This document shows positions 56,420 through 64,000 of a stretch of DNA of 64,000 nucleotides, one piece after another. Position 1 is the first letter of the stretch. Each line of letters opens with the position of its first letter. The notes under the pieces are model-generated. The model searched no databases. It was not told the DNA's origin and saw only the letters and a program-made list of their open reading frames with translations. Position numbers and translations under genes: made by a program. The stretch is from Eledone cirrhosa. Its lineage: Eukaryota. The stretch spans positions 42,532,001 to 42,596,000 of the forward strand of contig OZ024755.1 of NCBI GenBank assembly GCA_964016885.1, in the 5' to 3' direction.

Positions 56420-57685
56420 TCACCCACTACCTGATATTGAAGGATCTGTTTGAGTTTCTGAGTGATCTGATACAGTTGAATCCTTAGTACAAGTATTCAG
56501 GTACAGATTGCTTTTCTGGTGGATTTTCATATGTTTTGATAAATGTCCTGATTGTACAAAAGATTTCTCGCACACTGAACATGAGAATGGTTTTTCTCCT
56601 GTGTGTGTTCTTAGATGTTTTGTTAAGTGTCCTGACTGCACAAATTTCTTGTCACAAAGTGTACATACATAGGGTTTTTCCCCAGTGTGTGTCTTCAAGT
56701 GTTCACTTAAGTTCCCTGCATGAGAAAATGTTTTTTCACAATGATTGCACTCATAAATCCGTTCACCTGAATGCACACGTAAATGTCTCTTTAAAGAATC
56801 AGAACGTGGAAAAGTACTTGAACAAAAGTTACAGGAAAAGGGCCGTTCTGCAGTATGGATTCTCAAGTGCACAGTTAGGTTATTTGACTGAGAAAATGCT
56901 TTTGAGCAGAATTTACAAATATAGGGCTTTTCTCCTTTATGAATCCTAAGATGTTTGGTAAGATGACCCGACTGAGAGAATTTCTTGTTGCAGTATTCAC
57001 ATTCAAACGGTTTTTCTCCTGTATGTGTCTTAATATGTTCTGTAAGATTACCAGAGTGTGAAAAAGATTTGGGACACATCGTACAAGAGAAGCATTTTTC
57101 ACCAGTATGTGTTCTGACGTGGGTTGCTAAGTTGTCAGATCGAGAAAAGGCAAGTCCACAGCAAGGACACTCGTAAGGCTTTTCCGCAGTGTGTGTACGC
57201 ATATGTGCAGTGAGGTTATTAGACTGGGAGAACCGCTTTTGACAGAAACTACATTGATAAGGTTTCTCACCAGTATGAATTCGAAGATGTTTTGTTAAGT
57301 GACCTGACTGAGAAAATTTCTTGGAACAAAAATGGCAATTGTATGGCTTGGGCTGATCAATTTGTTTAGAATGAACTGTCTTTGAATTAGCTGAAGGTGG
57401 TAGGGATGGGTCTTGTAATGATGGTAGTGCTCCAGTATGGACTGACTGTGATGTAACTGATATCATTAAACTTCCACTATTATCCAATGACTGTGGTGAT
57501 ATCAAAGGATGTGATACTGGTGGGATGTAAGCAGACACAGCACAAGCAGTTTCAGTATATGAAATACCATAGAATTTACAAGGATCATTTCTGTTCTGAG
57601 TGGGGATCATATCCTGACTAAAGGGTCTGCTGAAACTCTTTGGTTGCAGTGAAGAATCAGCAATATTTTGGCTGATCGAATCCAT
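56420..57685 (-). CDS. C2H2 (Kruppel-type) zinc-finger protein, 421 aa, 10 tandem fingers, single coding exon
   Basis: Ten CxxC-x12-HxxxH fingers with TGEKP-type linkers; in-frame stop just upstream of the ATG; splice acceptor TCTTCTCTTTATTTCAG with exon starting at 57763. Confidence 0.93.
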   Translation of the reverse strand: MDSISQNIADSSLQPKSFSRPFSQDMIPTQNRNDPCKFYGISYTETACAVSAYIPPVSHPLISPQSLDNSGSLMISVTSQSVHTGALPSLQDPSLPPSANSKTVHSKQIDQPKPYNCHFCSKKFSQSGHLTKHLRIHTGEKPYQCSFCQKRFSQSNNLTAHMRTHTAEKPYECPCCGLAFSRSDNLATHVRTHTGEKCFSCTMCPKSFSHSGNLTEHIKTHTGEKPFECEYCNKKFSQSGHLTKHLRIHKGEKPYICKFCSKAFSQSNNLTVHLRIHTAERPFSCNFCSSTFPRSDSLKRHLRVHSGERIYECNHCEKTFSHAGNLSEHLKTHTGEKPYVCTLCDKKFVQSGHLTKHLRTHTGEKPFSCSVCEKSFVQSGHLSKHMKIHQKSNLYLNTCTKDSTVSDHSETQTDPSISGSG

Positions 57686-57874
57686 AATGTTTTAAAGAGT
57701 AGGGGAAGGTAGTTAATGTAATATCCTTTACTTCCAAATACACAACACTTCTGCTTGAACTATCTGAAATAAAGAGAAGAGAATATATATATGTAGATAT
57801 CACACTTTCTGAATATATATATAACAGCTAGATATTTATATATATATATCATGATGATGATGATGATGATATAA

Positions 57875-58693
57875 TCATCATGATCATCATCTTCGTTTAA
57901 CGTCCGTTTTCCACGCTAGCATGGATTAGACGGAAGTTGTCCCACTTGAGGCAAGGTTGGTCGGGTGACCATGTCTCGCTCATATAGGACTATCTGGCAG
58001 GTTTTCTACGGCTGGATGCCCTTCCTAACACCAACCACATTTACAGTGTGGAACTGGGAACTTTTTACTGTGTTACCTACACGACCACATTACAGCATGG
58101 ACTGTGTGATTTTTGTCGTGACACCTACACGAACTTGATCTCATTTTCTCGTGCTGTTGGTGGGAGTAGGAGGATAGGGTAGGGGTAGTAGATTGGGGTG
58201 TATATTTGGTTAAGAGGTGCCTACTGACTGTAGGTTTCGCTTTGTACATAGGCAAGGCGGGTCTTCTGTATTACTGCGTAGCGCCAAAGGTCTCAGTCCA
58301 GAGACATTGTCTTAGAGAGGTGCAAGTGTGTGAGGTCGGAATTTATCAGATCATCCCAGGTTTTTCTGGGTCTACCTACTCCGTAACTACCATCAATTTT
58401 GATCGCCCTGCACTTTTTTATGCAGCTGTCGTCTTTCATGCGCATCACGTGACCATACCAACGCAGTCTTCTCTCAAGTAAACAGCATCTGATCCCTCTT
58501 ATTCCTAATTTCTCACTTAGTTCATTTATGCTTTGCCGTTCACGTATATTACTATTACACATCCAATGGAGCATGCATGCTTCGTTCCTTTCCAGTCTAC
58601 GCAGGTCCTCTGCACGTAATGCCCATGTCTCACTGCCATGTAGCATTGCTGTTCGTATACAGGCATCATACAGCCTGCCTTTCATTTTTAGAG
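57875..58693 (-). mobile_element. 5'-truncated RTE family B copy (in the inferred intron of the ZNF gene)
   Basis: [29 protein letters not shown]; same 3' UTR and (GAT)n tail. Confidence 0.88.
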
Positions 58694-58709
58694 AGATATA
58701 TATATAAAT

Positions 58710-59014
58710 AACTAGCTGTTGAAATGGCCGGGGCTCAGCCATCGGGGTCCTGACTCTTTTCCTATTACCCACTCTACTACCCTAAGTATCGAGTACTCAG
58801 GTGTGTTATGGTCCACCTGATCCCTTACCACACTTCCTTCGCTACACTCCCTGGATATATATATATATAGTGGTAGAACACTGGAAGGTAATATCCGTAG
58901 TGGTAGAGCACTCAGTCCATGGGACGAGTTAGGTAGAAGTGGTTACACAACAGTTAGTTCACCATACCGAGAACAATTGTTTCACCTTAGCGGATCCTCA
59001 TATGAGCTGAGGAT
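58710..59014. mobile_element. Two adjacent PLE-type termini (58710-58850 +; 58870-59014 -)
   Basis: First belongs to the GTCGAAACGGC family; second has (A)TGAGGA-TCCGCTAAGGT-GAAA-CAATTG-TT on the minus strand and a short fold-back CTGAGGAT; TA spacers. Confidence 0.55.
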
Positions 59015-59186
59015 ATATATATATATATATATATATATTGTTATACTTTGGGAGGGTCATGTTGCCAATAAGGAACACACGCACCAGTTGCTTTCACTCC
59101 AATTTATTATAAATTAAATTTATAAATCTAAGAAATTTATAAATTTCCGGTTGGTTGGTTCCACAACCGGACGGTTGTTCATATAT

Positions 59187-59231
59187 TGTCAAAGTTCTTT
59201 CGGCACACATTCTGTGACCTCTTCAGTGACA
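59187..59231 (-). ncRNA. Minimal type I hammerhead ribozyme in a PLE-type terminus (~59038-59420)
   Basis: Minus strand: TGTCA-CTGAAGA-GG(T)CACA gaa TGTG(TG)CC-GAAA-GAAC-TT|TGACA; stem I is a perfect 5-bp pair. Confidence 0.72.
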
Positions 59232-59427
59232 GGGGATTCTTTTCTTAGTTTTTTGCCTCTCCTTTGTTCTGTCCTACGACATCTTTTTTTGTGTGCGTTG
59301 TGTGCTTAGTTTGTGCATGTGTTACATCCGGGTGTCTATGTGTTTTTATTTGTTTATTTATTTGTTTATTTACATGTTACTGGTTGGTTGTTTGTTCTGT
59401 GTGTGTGTGTTTTCATTTTGTGGGGGG

Positions 59428-60162
59428 GGGTGACAGGGTGTCAGAGAGTGGGAGGAGATGACAGGGTGACAGAGAGTGGGGGGAGATGACAGGGTGACAG
59501 ATAGTGGGGGGAGATGACAGGGTGTCAGAGAGTGGGAGGAGATGACAGGGTGACAGATAGTGGGGGGAAGATGACAGGGTGTCAGAGAGTGGGGGGGAGA
59601 TGACAGGGTATCAGATAGAGGGGGGAGATGACAGGGAGACAGGGGAGATGACAGGGTGTCAGAGAATGGGTGGGAGATGACAGGGTGACAGATAGTGGGG
59701 AGGGAGATGACAGGGTGACAGACAGTGGGGGAGATGACAGGGTGTCAGAGAGTGGGGGGAGATGACAGGGTGACAGCGAGTGGGGGGAGATGACAGGGTG
59801 ACAGCGAGTGGGGGGGGAGATGACAGGGTGACAGAGAATGGGGGGGAGATGACAGGGTGTCAGAGAGTGGGTAGGAGATGACAGGGTGACAGATAGTGGG
59901 TGGGAGATGACAGGGTGTCAGAGAGTGGGGGCAGATGACAGGGTGTCAGAGAGTGGGGGCAGATGACAGGGTGACAGACAGTGGGGGGAGATGACAGGGT
60001 GACAAATAGTGGAGAGGGAGATGACAGGGTGACAGAGAGTGGGGGCAGATGACAGGGTGTCAGAGAGTGGGGGGAAAGACAGGGCCACAGAGAGTGGGGG
60101 GTAATGACAGGGTGAAAGACAGTGGCGTGGGGGGAGATGACAGGGTGACAGAGAGTGGGGGG
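59428..60162. repeat. G-rich ~28-bp minisatellite (GAGATGACAGGGTGACAGAGAGTGGGG)
   Basis: Direct reading. Confidence 0.92.
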
Positions 60163-61629
60163 CATAACAGAAAATGAATAAAAAGGTAAGAAAGAAAATA
60201 TAAGCTAAGAAAGAAGGAGGGTGGGGGGCATACCTTAAAAATGTTTAAAGACAGGTGAAGCCTCTTGAGAGACAGAATGCAGCAGAACATCCCATTTTTA
60301 CAGCTCATACTTGACTGTGAGGTAAAAGACCCTTAAATATTGATAGGAAGTGATAAAGAGGAAGAATCGACCCCAATACTGGCCTGGGACTTTATCAACC
60401 TTTGAAAGGATGAAAAGCAAAGCTGACCTCAGTGGGATTTGAACTCAGAAATGTGAGCCGGAACCAAGGCATTTATACCCCGTTGCTCTAACGACTCTGC
60501 CAATTCTCCGCCATTTGTGAGACAACAAAAACGATACCTAAATTAATGTAGCTGGAGATAAGGCAGAGTGTAGGACTAAATACATCGTTTTAGTATTATT
60601 ATCATGAGTTGGTGGAGGATTGGCAGAGTTACGGCCCTTTAAGTTCTGAGTTCAAATCCCACCATGGTTAACTTTGCCTTTCATCCTTACGGGGTCGATA
60701 AAATAAAGTACCAGTAATACACTGGAGTAATTACTGGCCTTGTGCCAAAAGTAGAAACAATTATCATTATTATGGATTGGCAGTATCGCTAGAGCGTCAG
60801 ACATTATGCTTTGTGGCATAGAGATACGGCCCATTACATCCTGCTGAGATTAGCTTTACCTTTCATCTTTACGTGGTTGATAAAATAAAGTACCAGTAAT
60901 GGACTGGCGTCGATTTAATTGACTTTCCCCTCCCCTTCAAATTGCTGGCCTTGTAGAAACAATTATTCAATCACCAAAGAAAGATATCTTCAAACTGGGA
61001 GACCTTATGTAAATTATTGTCACAGAGTGAACTAAAGGTAACTGAGTACCAGGTGATGTCTTAATTAGGACGGTTGTGTCTGAAGATATGGCAGCCAAAT
61101 CTCCCTCAAATCACACCCTACAATGTAGAGCACGTCCAGAATACATTTAATGAGAGGTCTATTGGATTCGAGATAACTCGTGGCTAAATAAACAACATTT
61201 AAAAATCATTTTCACCCAGACTTTACTTTCAACAAGATTTCTGTGACAAGGAAGAAGGGAGATAACTCACAATGTCAAATTGACATCTACATTTTCTTCT
61301 TATTTTCCACACTGAACGCTATAAAGAAACTAACTATCTTCGGGGAAATATAATTGTTTCTACTTTTGGCACAAGGCCAGCAATTACCCCAGTGTATTAC
61401 TGGTACTTTATTTTATCGACCCCGTAAGGATGAAAGGCAAAGTTAACCTCGGTGTAATATAATGTTGATGTAAATTCTGAATCATAATCTGTTGGTATAA
61501 AAAAACAAAAGAAAAAACGTATGACAGCTTTAAACGGTATAAACGTGGAGGGCGCAGCAAGGGAGTGAAGACATTGTGTTGCTACTTATGTAGTCAGAGA
61601 TAGGCTACGGCTGCAAGCCCTTCCTATCA

Positions 61630-61995
61630 CTAACCACATTACAGGGTGTACTGGGTGTATTTTATCATGACACCAACACTACCACATCACAGAGTGTACT
61701 GGGTGTATTTTATCATGACACCACCACTACCACTTTACAGAGTGTACTGGGTATATTTTATCATGACACCAGCACTACCACTTTACAGGGTGTACTGGGT
61801 GAATTTTATCAAGACACCAGCACTACCTCATTACAGGGTGTACTGGGTGTATTTTATAATGACACCAACACTACCACATCACAGAGTGTACCGAGTGTAT
61901 TTTATCATGACACCAGCACTACCACTTTACAGGGTGTACTGGGTGTATTTTATCATGACACCAACAGTACCACATTACAGGGTGTACTGGGTACT
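61630..61995 (-). repeat. ~7 x 48-bp minisatellite related to the 54.3-kb unit
   Basis: CACATTACAGGGTGTACTGGGTGTATTTTATCATGACACC resembles the reverse complement of GGTGTCACGACAGAAAACACCCAGTCCACACTGTAA. Confidence 0.85.
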
Positions 61996-62027
61996 GTACC
62001 CCCTCCTCTACACTGCCCCCCCCCCCC

Positions 62028-62740
62028 CAGTGGTCAGTGTAGAGGTGTGGGGTTGCCTCTGTAGAGGTGGGGGTGGCCTGTGTAGAGGTGAGGGATGAGC
62101 CAGTGTAAAAGTGGGGGTGGCCTGTGTTGAGGTGGGGGTGGCCAGTGTTGAGATGGGGGTGGCCAGTGTTGAGGTGGGGGTGGCCTGTATAGAGGTGGGG
62201 GTGGCCAGTGGCCAATGTAGAGGTGGGGGTGGCCTGTGTGGAGGTGGGGGTGGCCAGTGTAGAGGTGGGGGTAGCCTGTGTAGAGGTGGGGGTGGCCTGT
62301 GTGAAGGTGGGGGTGGCCAGTGTAGAAGTGGAGGTAGCCTGTGTAGAGGTGGGGGTGGCCAGTGTAGAGGTGGAGGGTGGCCAGTGTAGAGGTGGGGGGT
62401 AGTCAGTGTAGAGGTGGGGGTGAGCCAGTGTAGAAGTGGGGGGTGGCCTGTGTAGAATGGGGGTGGCCAGTGTTGAGGTGGGGCGTAGTCAGTGTAGAAG
62501 TGGGGGTGAGCCAGTGTAGAAGTGGGGGGTGGCCTATGTAGAATGGGGTGGCCAGTGTTGAGGTGGGGGGTAGTCAGTGTAGAGGTGGGGGTGGCCTGTG
62601 TATACGTGGGGGGTGAGCCAGTGTAGAGGTGGGGGTTAGGCAATGTAGAGGTGCGGGGTTGTCTGTGTAGAGGTGGGGGCCTGTGTAGAGGTGGGGGTGA
62701 GCCAGTGTAGAAGTGGGGGTGGCCTGTGTAGAGGTGGGGA
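62028..62740. repeat. G-rich ~21-bp minisatellite (GTGTAGAGGTGGGGGTGGCCW)
   Basis: Direct reading. Confidence 0.92.
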
Positions 62741-62849
62741 TATACAGTGATGGCAGGAGTACTTTCTAAGGAGTGACAACATTGACAGTACGCCTAGGTC
62801 ATATTTAACTACTGGCAAGTGAAGTTTTTGTGGTACTGCATGTCACTAA

Positions 62850-63400
62850 TCATCGCGAACCTTTATCATCTCTTGTAACATTCAGCTTCACTAATCCATC
62901 CCATGTCTTCCAAGGTCTACCTTTTCCACAAGTTCTATCCACTGAAATTTCTCTGCATTTCTTTATTACAGCTCTCATCTTCCATCTCACATGTCCATAC
63001 CAAAGGTAGTCTTCTCTCTCGCACATCAGACCCTTATTACACATCCGCCAGAGAATGCTTATTTCCTTTCTTTCTAGCCTTTGCAGGTCTTCTGCAGTCA
63101 AAGTCCATGTTCCACTTCCATGTAGTATTGCAGTTCACACACAAGCATCTATCTACCCTTCACTCTAAAAGAAAAGCCCATTGTCAATGGTAGCACTTGC
63201 TCCTAAACTTCTTCCAACCCATTCTTATTCTGGTTACTTACAGAGCATTCCATTCCATTCCTTCTGTACTTGATGCCTGTTCCTTCCTGTCATGAGATCT
63301 CAAATGGCTTTTGAGTCCTGAAAGCCTGTGAAACACCCATCCACAAATAATACAATGATGTCTCATTTCGTTCTTGTTTCCATTTTGGATTTGCTTTTGA
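62850..63400 (-). mobile_element. Decayed RTE fragments (62850-63235) and an RTE 3' end with a C2H2-like finger (63235-63400)
   Basis: LWYGHV..GRPWKTW; CIICGWVFHRLSGLKSHLRSH followed by a TAAGTAA tail. Confidence 0.65.
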
Positions 63401-63919
63401 AAGGTACACCCTAGGGCATACAGGGCATTTGAAAGGTACACCTTAGGGCACACAAGGACATTTGAAAGGTACACCTTAGGGTATACAGGGCATTTGAAAG
63501 GTACACCTTAGGGCACACAAGGACATTTGAAAGGTACACCTTAGGGTATACAGGGCATTTGCAAGGTACACCTTAGGGCACACAAGGACATTTGAAAGGT
63601 ACACCTTAGGGTATACAGGGCATTTGAAAGGTACACCTTAGGGCACACAAGGACATTTGAAAGGTACACCTTAGGGTATACAGGGCATTTGAAAGGTACA
63701 CCTTAGGGCACACAAGGACATTTGAAAGGTACACTTTAGAGCACACAGGGCATTTGAAAGGTACACCTTAGGGAACACAGGGCATTTGAAAGGTACACCT
63801 TAGGGTATACAGGACATTTGAAAGGTACACTTTAGAGCACACAGGGCATTTGAAAGGTACACCTTAGGGAACACAGGGCATTTGAAAGGTACACCTTAGG
63901 GAACACAGGGCATTTGAAA
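63396..63919. repeat. 32/33-bp minisatellite with 65-bp dimeric higher-order period
   Basis: Alternating ..TTAGGGCACACAAGGACATTTGAAAGGTACACC and ..TTAGGGTATACAGGGCATTTGAAAGGTACACC. Confidence 0.9.
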
Positions 63920-64000
63920 CCAGCACTGGATAAGATTCATCATTATTACTGCTGGTCTCATTCTTCCACACTTTTCTTCAGTTCTGCATGTTTTACCCTC

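Noticed and set aside
62008-62643. Pro/His/Thr-rich 211-aa ORF
   Set aside because: Translation of the 21-bp G-rich minisatellite.

Overview
Repeat-dominated, AT-rich animal genomic DNA. It is most likely octopus or another coleoid cephalopod; this is inferred from the CORE/tRNA SINE types, RTE LINEs, long (TA)n tracts and a single-coding-exon C2H2 ZNF gene. The only clear host gene is a 10-finger C2H2 zinc-finger ORF (56420-57685, -). Transposable elements include RTE LINEs with a PHD-like finger in ORF2, SINEs, a Penelope-like element (PLE) with a GIY-YIG domain, hAT, pogo/Tigger and piggyBac-like DNA elements, a CRE-like fragment and a non-autonomous LTR element with a tRNA-Trp PBS. There is also a 7-kb 14-bp satellite and many minisatellites. 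The most striking pattern is a set of short PLE-type termini carrying minimal type-I hammerhead ribozyme motifs. Several occur as asymmetric head-to-head fold-backs with reproducible short- and long-arm end points, and one is centred on the predicted self-cleavage site. Most long ORFs in the supplied track (poly-YI, MTTLQCG repeats) are translations of simple repeats. All alignments and folds were done by eye.
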